Shown in pieces: positions 25,297 through 39,244 of a stretch of DNA of 64,000 nt (position 1 is the stretch's first letter; the number at the start of each line of letters is the position of its first letter). The notes under the pieces are model-generated. The model was not told where the DNA came from and searched no databases. It saw only the letters and a list, made by a program, of their open reading frames with translations. The stretch is from Octopus bimaculoides (Eukaryota): contig NC_069006.1 in NCBI RefSeq assembly GCF_001194135.2, forward strand, positions 7,959,007-8,023,006, in the 5' to 3' direction. Both the position numbers and the translations under genes were made by a program.

Positions 25297-27699
25297 NNNN
25301 NNNNNNNNNNNNNNNNNNNNNNNNNNNNNNNNNNNNNNNNNNNNNNNNNNNNNNNNNNNNNNNNNNNNNNNNNNNNNNNNNNNNNNNNNNNNNNNNNNNN
25401 NNNNNNNNNNNNNNNNNNNNNNNNNNNNNNNNNNNNNNNNNNNNNNNNTGTATATATATATATATGTATGTATACATATATGTATTAATGTGTGCGTGTG
25501 ATTTCATGTGTGTTTAATGCATGTGTGTTTAATGACAAAATCCAGAACAGCTGGTAAAATAAGAAAGTCAGGACTGAAAAACTGTAATCTAAGAAGGGTG
25601 GATGGGGTGAGGTGGGGTGGGAGTCGAAAGGTATTTGGGCAAAGTGTTGCGTAAATGTGAGACAATACAGCCTGATTGTCATGGTGATGGTGGTCGATAT
25701 TTATGGAGGAGATGCCTCAGTAAGACAGACATAAGTAAACAGATAGGCAGACAAATTTTACATAAGCAGACATATGTCTGCGTGTGTGTGTATACATATG
25801 TATCATTATCATCGTTGTTTAACGTCTGCTTTCCATGCTGGCATGGGTTGGATGGTTAGACTGAGGACTGGCAAGTCGGGAGGCTGCACCAGACTACAAT
25901 CTGATCTGGCAAGGTTTCTACAGCTGGGTGCCCTTCCTAACGCCAACCACTCTGAGAGTGTGGTGGGTGCTTTCACGTGCCACCGACATGAGAGCTAGTC
26001 AGGCAGTACTGGCAATGGCAACGCTCAAATGGTGTTTTTACGTGTCACCTGCACAGGAGCCAGTCCAGCGGCACTGGCAACGCCCTCGCTCGAATGCTAT
26101 TTTTCACGTACCACCGGCACAAGTGCCAGTAAGGCGATGCTGGTAATGATCACACTCGAATGGTGCTTTGTACGTGCCACCGGCACGGGGGCCAGTNNNN
26201 NNNNNNNNNNNNNNNNNNNNNNNNNNNNNNNNNNNNNNNNNNTGTGTGTGTATACATATGTATCATTATCATCGTTGTTTAACGTCTGCTTTCCATGCTG
26301 GCATGGGTTGGATGGTTAGACTGAGGACTGGCAAGTCGGGAGGCTGCACCAGACTACAATCTGATCTGGCAAGGTTTCTACAGCTGGATGCCCTTCTTAA
26401 CGCCAACCACTCAGAGAGAGTAGTGGGTGCTTTTTACGTGCCACTGATACGGGAGCCAGTCAAGCAGGACTGGCATCGACCATGCTCAAATGGTGTTTTT
26501 TACGTGCCAGTAAGGCAGCACTGTCGTCAGCCACGACTATGATTTCACTTGGTTCAACAGGTCTTCACAAGCACAGCACATTGCCCAACGATTGAAGGGT
26601 GCTTTTTTTTAAACGGGCAAGTTGTGTGACACTGGCATCGGCCATGACTACAATCTCACTTTGCTCGCCGGATCTCCTCAAGCATGGTATATCTCCAAAG
26701 GTCTCGCTCACTAGTCATTGCTTCTGTGATGCCCAATGTTTGAAGGTCATGCTTTACCACCTAATCCCAGGTCTTCCTGGGTCTACCACTTCCACAGGTT
26801 TCCTCCACAGTTAGGGTGTGACATTTCTTCACACAGCTGTCCTCATATATGTGTGTGTGTCTATATATGTATATATATGTATTCTTTTTATTGTTCCAGT
26901 CATTTGAATGTGGCCATGCTGGAGTACTACTGCCTTGAAGGGTTTTAGTTGAATGAACTGGCCCTAAAACTTATTTCTTAAGCCTAGTAATTATTTTATT
27001 GGTCTCTTTTGGTCAAACTGCTAAGTTATGAGGAAGTAAATACACCAACACCAGTTGTCAAGTGATGGTGGAGGGGACAAATACAGACACACAAAACATA
27101 TATACATATATATATACATACATACACACACACACATATATATGATGGGCTTCTTTCAGTTTCCCTCTACAAAATCCACTCACAAGGCTTTGGTCGTTCT
27201 GAGGGTATAGCAGAAGACACTTTTCCAAGGTGCCATGCAGTGGGGACTGAACCCAGAACCATGTGGTCGGGAAGCAAGTTTCTTACTGCGAGCTGGCAGA
27301 ATGGTTAGCATGCCGGACAAAATGCTCAGAGGCACTCCATCTGTCTTGACGTTCTGAGTTCAAATTAAGCTGTGGTTGACTTCGTCTTTCATCCTCTTGA
27401 GGTCAATAAAATAAAGTACCAGCTGTACACTGGGGGGAGGGAGGGGTAAATGTAATCGACCTGTCTCCTCCCCAACCCAAATTTCAGACCTTGTCAGCAT
27501 GCCAGGCAAAATGCTGAGTGGCATTTCGTCCGTCTGTACTTAGGAGTTCCGCCAAGGTTGACTTTGCCTTTCATCATTTGGAAGTTGATAAAATAAAGTA
27601 CCAGTTGGACACTGGGGTTCATGTAATTGACAAGTCCTCTCCCCCGAAACTCCAGGCCTTGTGCCTTTAGTAGAAAAGATTATTATTATTATTATTATT

Positions 27700-28066
27700 G
27701 TTACCTCTGCCTTAGCGAAGGTGGAGGTATTGTTTTCAATCGTGTTTGTTTGTTTGTCCGTGGACAAGATATCTCAAGAACCGCTGGATGAATTCAGATG
27801 AAACTTTCAGGAATGTTTGGCCTCATGACTAGCACAGACTGATTAGATTTTGGGATCAATCCGGTACAGGACAAGGGTTTTGGATTATTTTTCCTGTTTT
27901 TTTACTTAATTTTTGAGAGCAATCAGGTTCATTTTTAGTATTCGCATTTGTGAGAGCCATTGAGTTTATTTCAGATATTCTTATTTTAAAAATCATCTTT
28001 GGCTAATCGTTGAGAGGACGTTGGTGTTGCATTGGTGGAAGTTTGCGCTCTCTGGGAGCTCTTGTT
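27700..28066 (+). mobile_element. Helentron-associated non-autonomous element (HINE/DINE-like)
   Basis: 5' TTACCTCTGCC + short palindrome + GTTT microsatellite; 3' GGTGGAAGTTTGCGCTCTCTGGGAGCTCTTGTT; inserted in T-rich repeats. Confidence 0.6.
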
Positions 28067-28094
28067 ATTATTATTATTATTGTTATTATTATCA

Positions 28095-28325
28095 AGGCAT
28101 CGAGCTGGCAGAATCATTTGCATGCTGGAGGAAATGCTTAGCAGTATTTCGCCCATGGCTACGTTCCGAGTTCAAATTCTGCTGAGGTCAACTTTGCCTT
28201 TCATCCTTTCGGGGTTGATAAAATAAGTACCAGTAAAACACTGGGGTCAATGTAATCAGCTTATCCACTCCCCTCCCCCCAAAATAGCTGCCCTTGTGGC
28301 AAAATTTGAAACCATTATTATTATT
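28095..28325 (+). mobile_element. tRNA-derived SINE family C (GAGCTGGCAGAA... head), flanked by (ATT)n
   Basis: B-box-like GTTCTGAGTTCAAATTCC and conserved GTCGACTTTGCCTTTCATCCTTTCGGGG core. More than 20 copies, e.g. 1170-1655, 3410-3620, 4110-4270, 14380-15040, 27290-27680, 31000-31360, 38810-39200, 42575-42780, 60540-60770. Confidence 0.8.
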
Positions 28326-28984
28326 ATTATTNNNNNNNNNNNNNNNNNNNNNNNNNNNNNNNNNNNNNNNNNNNNNNNNNNNNNNNNNNNNNNNNNNNNN
28401 NNNNNNNNNNNNNNNNNNNNNNNNNNNNNNNNNNNNNNNNNNNNNNNNNNNNNNNNNNNNGTACCAGTTGAGTACTGGGGTTGATATAATCAACAATAAC
28501 CCCTCCCACAAACCAATGGCTTTGTACCAAAACTTCAAGCCATTATTCTTATTCCATTTTTATTACACATACACACACACACATTTTATATACACATACA
28601 ATTACATACTTATATGTCACACATATCTGTGGTATCTGACTATAAAAATTCCACTCACACACCATCAAAGAACCAACTGTGATGATGACAGAAGCCATTT
28701 GTCCATGTGACGTGTTACAAACTAGGACTGAACCCTTTTACCAGAGGGCTACGCACTACGAAATATACCTTCTAATCACAGAGTTTCATGCCTGCACACA
28801 AAGCAAATATTATCAAACAGCGACAATCCACCCATTACGATGTAGTAAATGTCATTTTAGTTAATCTGGCTTACAATGACTTCTTGTGTTGTTCAGCAAC
28901 CCACGTTTCCCAGGCGCTAAATACAATATGGCCTCTTTTATATTACATTAGATTACATTATATTATATAATACAAGATGGGTGG

Positions 28985-29188
28985 GTGGGGTGCTGGCTTT
29001 GTTTGGGTAAAAGAAAATACAAAATGATTTATGATTTTACTCAACATATTCCCCTCTCATATTCACACACTTATTGCAGTGGTCTTTCAGTTTTTCTAAG
29101 CCTTATGAAAGAACTCAGACGGTTGGGCCTCCAACTAGTCCTTTTGTTGTGACACCCTTAAAGCCAGGAACTTTTCAGCACCCCTCGT
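28985..29188 (-). mobile_element. Mariner-derived MITE, same family, opposite orientation
   Basis: Same TIR and reverse-complemented interior as 8875-9094. Confidence 0.7.
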
Positions 29189-29619
29189 GTGTGTGTGTGC
29201 ATATATACTGTGTATACCGTGTGGGTATATACACCATATATTTCCGTGTGTAAGACGACCTTTAGATAAGATGAGGTCAAAATTTGTAGAGAATTTCATG
29301 AATTCATTTTATATCTTTAGTATAAGACAACTGCTAAATTACAAAACAATCTGTGTACAGGTTAGCTTTAGCAACAAGTATATTTATAAATATTGGTCAT
29401 GTGAAGATGATGTTATTACAAATGTTTTTTACTTACTGTATCCTTAGAAATTAAAATAAACGAAATAACAGATCCATTTCTATATCATGATTTTTTCATA
29501 CACACGTCACCTAAAAGGGAACCTGATTCTTCTTTATCAAAACTTTATCGCTATCATAACAACTGCTAACAACAATACAATAATGGTGGTTCATATGACT
29601 GAAATGCCCTAAACAGTTA

Positions 29620-30090
29620 CAGTCAGCCTGGAGTATTAATAACCATTTACCTATACTTCGTATAAAATCACAAACTGTCAAGTCAAGTGAAATTTATAAT
29701 TATTTTATACCCACACCAATATGCAACCATCAGCAAAAAGAAGAAAATATGAGGCTAGTTTCAAATTGAAAGTTATAGAAGTAGCCAAGAGTTCAAACAA
29801 TTGTGCTGCTGCTAGGACATTCGATGTTACTGAGATGGTACAAGGGTGGAGAAAGAATGAGGAAAAATTAAGAGAAATGCCCAAACAAAAATGTGTAATG
29901 AGAAGAGGAGCCAATCGTTGGCCGAAGCTGGAAAATGTAGCAGAATGGTCCAGCAGAGACAGCATGGCTACATTGTAACATGAAATAAAACGAGATCTTA
30001 TGCCCTAAAATGGGATAAATTATATAAAGAAAAAAGTAAAGATTTTAAAGCAACAGTAGGCTGGTGCAATCGTTTTATGAACAGAAATTC
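29620..30090 (+). mobile_element. pogo-family transposase 5' fragment (Brinker-type DBD + CENP-B HTH), frameshifted
   Basis: KRRKYEASFKLKVIEVAKSSNNCAAARTF...WRKNE...RWPKLE, then in another frame DFKATVGWCNRFMNR. Confidence 0.75.
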
Positions 30091-32867
30091 ATCATGCATT
30101 ATCTTGCAGCTTCAAGATTTCACTGATGTGAGTGTTTATTTTTAGAGTGACATTGTAGGGTAGGTGTGAGAGGCTGGATATGGTTGGCTTGAATATAAAA
30201 TGGAGAATATTTGGGCTGGATATGGCCAGTTTAAATGTTAAATGGTTAAAGCAATTTAGTTGGAACCATTTTTCTTTCTTGCAGGTCATGTCTTTTAGAT
30301 TTATGAAGAAATCCCAAGAGCCTGTGGAGCTAGATTTTTCTTTAAAACTTTGGTGGAAGCACAGCACACACATTCTTCAACAGGGCCGTCAAGACTTTTG
30401 AAAGGAAGGATAATTCACGAAAAGTGATTCTCAGACTGAAGATGCGGTCTGAAGAATGCTGGAAGTAAAAATGGATTTTTTGGAAAGGTATCCTGCAACC
30501 TCTCCACAGTGTTTAATTGTATGTGCAGAGGTGGTCCCAAGGACAATGAGATAAATCCAAGGCATGGTTATTGCTAGTTGAAAACTAATTGTATGGTAAC
30601 AGACTAGCAGTGAGGAAGTGGGGAGGGGGAGCTAATTAAATTGACGAACTTCACCATCTCCCCCATCAACTCAGACAAAGATTTGTGGCCTTGTACCAAT
30701 TCAGACACACACACAAATACTAGATAAAGACAATGTGCTTCTCTTATGTCAACCAGTCCAGCAGCTTTTTATCAATATCAAAGAAATTGCACCTGTTGAC
30801 TGGAGCCCCTACAGACATTTAGACAGGTGTGTGTGTGTGTGTGTGTGTTTTGTGTGTGTGCACTTATCGCCCTCTCTTTCACAGCCGAAGCCACACAACA
30901 TACATCACCCAGTTTCACTATTGCTGTCGTTTATACCAGATGGACTGAAACCCTTCCGACCCATTCTAGCATGGAAGACCCACTTTCACTTCTCAGAATG
31001 TATGAGGAGAGATTGTTAGTATGCTTAGAGGCATTTCGTCCAAATTCAACTTTGCCTTTGATCCTTTCGATGTCAATGAAATAAGTACCAGTTACGCACT
31101 GGGGATCGATGTAATCAACCAGTCCCCTTGTCTAAAACCTTCAGGCCTTGTACCTATAGTAGCAAATATTATTAAGGCAGAAAGCTGACATAATTGTTAG
31201 CAGCATTCCGACTGTCCCCGCGTTCTGAGTTCAAATTCCGCCGAGGTTGACTTTGCCTTTCATCCTTTCAGGGTCAATAAATTAAGTACCAGTGAAACAC
31301 TGGGTCGATGTAATCAATTAACCCCATCCTCTCAAATTTCAGGCCTATAGTAGAAAGGATTATTATTATTATTATTATTATTATTATTTGCAGTAAAATA
31401 CAGACAGCTGGTGGTGTTAGTCACCTGCATCTATTCACACAATACATCTATTTTTATATAGCTTCTCTCTACACAAAGTGTCAATTTTTATTGAACAGTA
31501 GTTTCAATGCTAGTTAGTTACAGGTTTCCAGTGGAGCAGGATACAAGTAGGACACATTGCATAAACTATATTGCCATTGTTTAGCACCAAGTCAGCTCCA
31601 ATCAAGCGGATGTGCGATGAAAAGCCATTCCAGATACATTTCGGTCAACCTTTTGTTGGAATAACAATCACCAATGTGTTTCTTCTAGATAATAGGATAT
31701 GAATAAGGTGTGATCGGAGAGCGACCTGGTTTCTATTTCTAGCAGGTTGAACAACCTTGTTGAAGCTCCTTCAAATGATACTTTTTTTGTCTTTTACTTG
31801 TTTCAGTCATTCGACTGCAGCCATGCTAGGGTACCACCCTGAAGAATTTCTAGTCAAATGAATCACTCTGGTACTCATCTTTTTCTTAAAGCCTGGTACT
31901 TTTTCTACAGGTCGCTTTTGCCAAACCACTAAATTTAAGGGATGTAAACACACCAACACTGGTTGTGAAGTGGTGGTAGGACAAACAGGCATAAAAACAC
32001 ATACACATATATATAACAGGCTTCTTCCAGTTTCCATTTACTGAATCCATTCACAAGGCTTTGGTTGGCCCAAGGCTGTCACACAGTGGGACTGAACCTG
32101 GGACCACATGGTTGTGAAGCAAGCTTACCATATGGCGTTGCCTACCCTTTTACTTGTTTCAATCATTGGACAGCAGCCATACTGGGTTACATTTATATTC
32201 AAGATTGCATTGCACTAGAGTAAGTATGATAATTAGTTTTTCCACTGTGTCAGCTTATACAATTAATTATGTCCACTAATTGTTATATTCACACTATCCT
32301 ACTTTATAACACATTCCACGATGGAAGAATCTGGAAGATTTGGCTCCCGACCTTGAAATTGAAAGCTATACCAACCATTGAACTGGACGGTGCTACATAG
32401 TATCGAAGCTCCTGTCTTCTCCACTTTGAATAAGGATCCAGTATTGTTAACAGTTTGGGTTTTAAGGGTCTATGACTGTCCAATATTCTGCCAAACAACC
32501 TCAGAGATTTATGAGACATAGAAGTGGAGGTCTTCAAAGAGCGCGCACACACACACACACATATATATATATACATACACACACAGCAGGCTTCTTACAG
32601 TTATTCATCTACCAAATCCACTCACAAGGCTTTTGGTTGGTCTGGAGCTATAGGAGACACTTGACCAATGTGTCATGCAGTGGGACTGAACCTGGAACCA
32701 TGTGGTTGGGAAGCAAAATTCTTACCATACAGCTACGCCTACCCCACCCAACATCAGAGACTACAAAATCACAGAAAGATTTAAATGTGTTTGAAATGTG
32801 TATAACACATACGCTAATTAACTAAACTTTTCCAGATGTAGAGTGTTTTATTTAAAAAATTACCAAG

Positions 32868-33290
32868 GTGCAGGAGTGGCTGTGTGGTAAGTAGCTTACT
32901 TACCGACCACATAGTTCTGGGTTCAGTCCCACTGCGTGGCACCTTGGGCAAGTGTCTTCTACTACAGCCCCGGGCTGACCAAATCCTTGTGAGTGGATTT
33001 GGTAGACGGAAACTGAAAGAAGCCCGTCGTATATATGTGTGTGTGTGTGTGTGTATATATACATGTATGTATGTGTGTGTATATGTTTGTGTGTCTGTGT
33101 TTGTTCCCCCCACCATTACATACAACCGATGCTGGTGTGTTTACATCCCTGTAACTTAGTGGTTCGGCAAGAGAGGCCGATAGAATAAGTACTAGGCTTC
33201 CAAAGAATAAGTCCTGGGGTCGATTTGCTCGACTAAAAGGCGGTGCTCCAGCATGGCCACAGTCAAATGACTGAAACAGGTAAAAGAGTA
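32868..33290 (+). mobile_element. tRNA-derived SINE family A, full-length copy (~420 bp, internal TA/CA microsatellite)
   Basis: A-box TGGCTGTGTGG, B-box GGTTCAGTCCC, 3' end GTCAAATGACTGAAACA.GTAAAAGAG. Further copies at ~790-1170(-), 13700-14010(-), 26880-27290(-), 31780-32130(-), 36560-37110(-), 37470-37860(-), 44545-44940(-), 53220-53400(-), 56070-56290(+), 59660-60030(+), 60300-60445(-). Confidence 0.85.
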
Positions 33291-33598
33291 GAGAGTATAG
33301 TGTTGGGTGGACATATGCAGCCATGACAAGACAACAAAGACACGACAGGAAGAAGCTCAACCCTAACCCCTACCCGTTATCGTTGTAGTGACATCTGCCA
33401 TTCCAAAGTAACTGTCGTCATTGTTGTTGGTAAGGAAAGAAAAGAATGTTATCAGGCCACATCTGAGGTCATGTGACAAAAGGAAAACTGTTTCAGGCTA
33501 AGTTTACCTTGGGCAATGAATCATAAGTCACTTTAAAAGTCATTGACAAACAACATTTGTATTTACAGCCATTTTGTCCGTGCTAGCATGGGTTAGAT

Positions 33599-33949
33599 CA
33601 GTAATTCTCCACTGGGGTCCACGTAAGGTTTTTGTGGGGGACCATGCAAACAAAGTAGTAAGTTAGGGCCATGCAAGAAAATTAGTGAATTGGGTCCACA
33701 GTATTATTTTTTAGGGTATATGCAAAAATTTTACTTTAGATGGACTTTATGCAAAAAACAGCTGGGTTTCTTTCTCTGACATTTTACATATTTCAATCTA
33801 CAAAAGTTAATGAGTGGAAAAGCAAAATAGGAATTTTGAAAGAAGTTTCTATAAAACTATCTTTTAAATACAAAATGGCTATGGGGGTCCACCAGAATAA
33901 AATAGTAATCAAAGGGGTCTAGATAAAAAAAAACCGTTGTGAGCCACTG
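33599..33949. mobile_element. hAT-type MITE
   Basis: Ends CAGTAATTCTCCAC.GGGGTCC / GGGGTCT...GTTGTGAGCCACTG, resembling CAGTGGTTCTCAA hAT termini. A related partial copy lies at ~6735-6850. Confidence 0.45.
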
Positions 33950-34129
33950 TTAGATGAATGTATTTTAGGGACTTGTTTTACAGCCTGATTCCCTTCCTGG
34001 CGCTAACCTTTATTTCTTTTCTGAGTGGGGGTTATTTTACATATCTCTGAAGGCACAAAAGAGATTTGTTAACAGGAGAAACTGCTTGTAGCTTGTGACA
34101 AACACAGAGGGCTTCTATGTCAGAGTGCC

Positions 34130-34670
34130 ACTTATAAAGCACCCGTGCCAGCACCGCGTTAACACACTTGTGCCAGTACCACATTTAAACACTGGTGCCA
34201 GTGCCGCATTTAAACACCTGTGCCAGTGCCGCGTTAACACACCTGTGCCAGTTCTGCATTAACACACCAGTACCAGTGCCACGCTAACACACCTGTGTCA
34301 GTGCCATGCTAACACACCTGTGCCAGTGCCACGTTAACACACCTGTACCAGTGCTGTGTTTACACACCTGTGCCAGTCTGTGTTAAAACACTCGTGCCAG
34401 TGCTGCATTAGCAAAACTGTGCCAGTGTTGCATTGACACACTTGTACCAGTTCTGACCTGTGCCGGTGCCATGTAAAAACACCCATGCTGATGGCATATA
34501 AAGAGCACCCGGCACATTCTGTTAAGTGGTTGGCATTAGGAAGGGCATCCAGCCATAGAAACCATGCCACAACAGACAACTGAAGTCTGGACAGCTCCCT
34601 GCCAGCCAGCTCCATATCAAACTGTCCAAACCCATGCCATCATAGAAAGTGGACGTTAAATGATGATGAC
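34130..34670 (+). repeat. RTE 3' UTR with an expanded ~22-23-bp minisatellite (TAACACACCTGTGCCAGTGCCGCGT-like, ~14 units)
   Basis: Degenerate tandem units at 34135-34480 run directly into the RTE tail. Confidence 0.75.
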
Positions 34671-37600
34671 GTTGATGTACACCACCACTACCATCATCAT
34701 TTTTATACGCTCTTTCCCATTCTTGCATTGGTCAGATGGAATTTGTTGAGGCAGAGTTTTCTTCGCCAGGAAGCCCATGCTCTGCCAATCCTTGCCTGTT
34801 TTGAAGCTGGCTGGACATGTTTTCACAGAAGATTGGAAATGAACAACACTGCTTTTATAAAGCTGGTGCTTGTTTACAACCATCACAGGAAATCAAGGCA
34901 AAAAGCACAAACATACTGTTGTATAGTGAAACTGTATATCCTTCCCAGTAAAAAGTGGTAGGAGTGGGCCATTACAAATAGACCAGTAGGTGGTCGTCAA
35001 GAGAGGGTCGAGAGTCGAAGAGCTGAGAGTCAACAGTTCTAGTCAGTGTCTTGTGGAGCTATCAGCAATAGAAAGACAGAAGTTAGTGTATTACTATTCC
35101 GGTACGAAGAGATACAACGGTATCCGATGACTAGTAACTATTGTGGCTACTAATATACAACAGCAACTACAGTACAACAGTAGTCACACATCACACCAGT
35201 GGGAGGAACCCACTTTACGATACATACACACACACACATCAACATATATGTATATATATGGGCAGGCTTCTATCAGTTTCTGTCTACTGAGTCCATTCAC
35301 AAGGCTTTGGTCAGCTGGAGGCTACAGAAGAAGACCACTGTGGAATGGGACTGAACCTGGAACCACGAGGTTGAGAAACAAATCCTTCCCCACAGAGGAA
35401 TGCGTGTGACATTGTTGCATCATTTTCATCTCTAACTTAACCCTTTGACATTCAGATTACGGTCAAATGTAAAGCTTATTTATTCACATTGTTTTGAATT
35501 AATAAGGCATTATCTCACAGCTTTGAGATTACGATGTTGGGATTGTTTATTTTTAGAATGACATTGTAGGGTAGGTGTGAGAGTGTGGATGTGGTCAGTT
35601 TTAACATAAAACAAACAGGCAAAATATTTGGGCCAGATATGGCTGGATAAAATGCTAAACGGTTAAATCACCATTATCATCACCACCAACATTAAGTCTT
35701 AGAGGACACATTGGATAAAGCAGTCTTGGATACTCTATGACAAGATGGGCCTTTCTGGAATGTCTATGATCAAAGAGTAAACAGGGATGACCTGGGGCTA
35801 AACAACACCTGCTACACATTCTCAGATCATATTTGTAACATTTTTCTTTCACTACTTTAATCTGTGACTGCAGCACTTCCACCACTCTCCAGCATCACTC
35901 ATCATTATCAACGATTAATTATTTGAGCTAATGAAAGAGAGAGGGAAGGAGAGAGAGCCCATAGTCGTTTGAATGGTTATAAACAGCATCTAAATCTCCC
36001 TTAAATGATAACCTATAATCCTAAAGAGAGGACACAGTGGGTAATGAAGTTGTAGATACACAAAGAAAACAAAAAAAAAGATTAAAAGACGGGATAGGCA
36101 TGTCAGGAATGTCTTCCATCATAGACTTGCTCAGTCAGGGTCGACTTAATGCAAACTGTGTGAAAAACACATGAAATAAGCCTAGTTGGAACATTTGGTC
36201 TCCCAAACTTGCTCCATATGTTTGTTGATTTGTTTATGCCCCGTTAACTTAGCAGTCTGATAAAAATAACCAATAAAAAAAGTAAGTACTGGGTCAAGTT
36301 GTTCAATTAATACCATTCAAGGCTGTGCCCCAGCATGGCCACAGCAGTTCAATGACTGAAACCAGTAAAAGATACGAGGCATGTGTGCCTGTGTCTTGCA
36401 TGGAAAGCTGCAGGTTTTGGTGAGGAAGCCGAGAGTTTTGCTTTCAAAGAAATATGTTCCGTCGCATTTGTTCCACACACACAGTCCCTCAGCATCCGCA
36501 CCAACATCACATGAACGGAGGGATGGGATGGGCTGCTGCAAATCAAATATGCAATGTAGTATCCTTTGTCTTCAACTTGTTTCAGGAATTTGACTGTGAC
36601 CATGCTGGGGCACTGCCACGAAGGATTTTTTTGTAGAACATATCGACCCCAGGAGTTTTTTTTTTTTAAAAAAGGAAAGAAAAACGCCTGGTACTTATTT
36701 ATTCCATTGGTTTCTTTTGCCGATCTGCTAAGTTGCAGGCACATAAACACACCAACACTGCTTGTCAAGCGGTGGTAGGAGACAAACACAGACACAACCA
36801 CACACACTTTTTTCTTTGTTTCAGTCAAGAGACTGTGGTCATACTGGGGCACCACCTTGAAAAATGTTAGTCAAACGAATGGACCACAGTACTTATTCTA
36901 TCTGTCACTTCCACCCAACCGCTAAGTCACAGGAACATAAACACACACACGATGGGCTTCGTTCAGTTTCCATCTACCAAATCCACTCACAAGGCTTTTG
37001 GTCAGCCGAAGGCTGCAATAGAAGACACTCGCCCAAGGTGCCACGCGGTGGGACTGAACCTGGCGCCATGTGATTCGGAAGCAGGCTTCTTACCACACAG
37101 CTACGCCGGAGCCTATACGAATAAATGAATAAAATATTCCAAAATTGCATTTAGAACTCAATCCATGGCGCCACGTTACCTATTTAGAGAAAGGTATAAC
37201 ATTAGCGATAGAATACACTTCGGCAATTCAGGGGAAATAACTGAAAACAAACAACGAGACTAAATGGAAAACGTAATTTCTTCTATTCACATATTTTTTA
37301 AAATCCTTTAATTAACATTATTCTTTAATAATATTATTTTACATATATTAAAAAAATTTTATTTTGTGGCTATTGATAACCAAATGGCTGAAAGAAAGGA
37401 AGGAAAAAAAAACATCGAAAAATTGCAGACAGGCAGCAATGGGGGAGAATGTTCAATACTAAAGAGTTGCTTCCCTTCTTTTCTTTTATTTGCTTGTCAT
37501 TTGTCTGCGGTCATGCTGGAGCATCACTTTTTGTCGAACAAATCGACCCCAGGACTTATTCTTCGTAAGCCTACTAAATATTCTATGGGTTCTCTTTTGC

Positions 37601-38052
37601 CGAACCGCTAGGTTACGGGAACGTAAACACACCGACATTGGTTGTCAAGCGATGGGAGGAGGGACAAACACAGACACACGCATACATACATATATGTATA
37701 TACACAACGGACTTCTTTCAGTTTTTGTCTACCAAATCCACTCACAAGGTTTTGGTTGGCCCGAGGCTATAGTAGAAGACACTTGCCCAAGGTGTCACGC
37801 AGTGGGACTGAGCCGAGAACCATGTGGTTGGGAAGCAAGCTTCTTACCACAGTCATGCCAGAGCTGTTTAGGTAACAATAACACAGGGTTCACGTTGAAG
37901 TAAAACAACCATGGAAACATCAAGTGGTAGTTGAATACTGTAGTGTATAAGTACCAAATTCAATATAAACATTAGAGCCGACTCAGGACTGGTTCTAGGT
38001 GCAGTATAGGTATAAAAAAATGACACAAATGGGGTTTAAAATTTACGACCTG

Positions 38053-38255
38053 ACGAGGGGGTGCTGAAAAGTTCCTGGCTTCAAGGGTATCGCAAAAGGC
38101 CTTGTTGGAGGACTTTTACAGGGCTTAGAAAACTGAAGGACCGCTGCGACAAGTGTGTGAATCTGAGAGGGGAATGTGTTGAATAAAATCATAATTAAAT
38201 GATCCGCCTATATTTTCTTTCACCCAAAGCCAGGAACTTTTCAACACCCCCTCGT
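38053..38255 (+). mobile_element. Mariner-derived MITE, same family
   Basis: Intact TIR pair. The interior reads DRCDKCVNLRGECVE*, like mariner transposase ends. Confidence 0.75.
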
Positions 38256-38714
38256 GTGTATGTATGCATGTATGTATACATGGTGTGGTTAGTTACTGTC
38301 TCCTTCAGTGTGGCTCCTTGTGCACATGTCTTCTACTAAAGCCCCAGGCCCACCTAAGCTTTGTGAGTGGATCAGAGAGAGAGAGAGAGAGAGTGGGGGA
38401 AGAGAGAGAAATTCACACAGCTGATGGTAAACATATAAGTAGTCACCCAAAGCAGTTAACTGGGCACTCACATTTTTGATTAGTTAAAACAATTAAAATT
38501 CCATTCATACTGAAGAAAAAATGTCATTAGCGTGTCAATCCATGCCAAGGGAGACAACTCTGAAACTAATTAACAATCTGGAGTTAGACGATAAAACATG
38601 GAGGTGAGAGAATTCAAGATACGTTTCGATGTTTTTAAGGACTTCTCTCCTAAGCAACATCTTAACAGTATATACTATCCCTAAGAAACACTGAGATAAT
38701 ATTAGGGTTTACAA

Positions 38715-38717
<3 letters not shown>

Positions 38718-38773
<56 letters not shown>
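38718..38773 (+). repeat. Poly(A) run of ~55 nt
   Basis: Direct reading of the sequence. Confidence 0.9.
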
Positions 38774-38776
<3 letters not shown>

Positions 38777-39244
38777 CTGATTAAGCTGTTTTAAATAGTT
38801 TCCAAGTTTTGGCACAAGGCCAGCAATTTTGAGGCAGTGGGTAAATGAATTACACTGACCCTCACCACACACACACCCCACCCAGTGCACAGCTGGTGCT
38901 TATTGTATCGACCCCGAAGGAATAAAAGGCAAAGCTGAACCCGGTGGCATTTGAATTCAAAACGTAAGATTGAAAGAAATGCTGCTAGGCGTGGCTGTGT
39001 GGTAAGTAGCTTGCTTCCCAAACAAATGGTTCTCGGTTCAGTCCCAGTGCGTGGCACTTTGGACAAGTGTATTCTACTATAGCCTCAGGCTGGCCAAAAG
39101 GCAAAGTTGACCTTGGTGGAATTTGAACTCAGAACGAAATGTCGCTAAGCATTTTGTCTGGTGTGCTAATAATTCTGCTAGCTCACCACCTTAATGATGA
39201 TGATGATGATGATAATTGAGATTGCTAAGATGTGGCAGCTACAA

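Noticed and set aside
25782-26430. Near-identical RTE tail copies on either side of a gap
   Set aside because: The few differences and the gap position suggest two haplotypes or mis-scaffolding; real tandem duplication cannot be supported without long reads.
32304-32540. Minus-strand ORF with a faint resemblance to LINE RT C-termini
   Set aside because: Too degenerate to assign.
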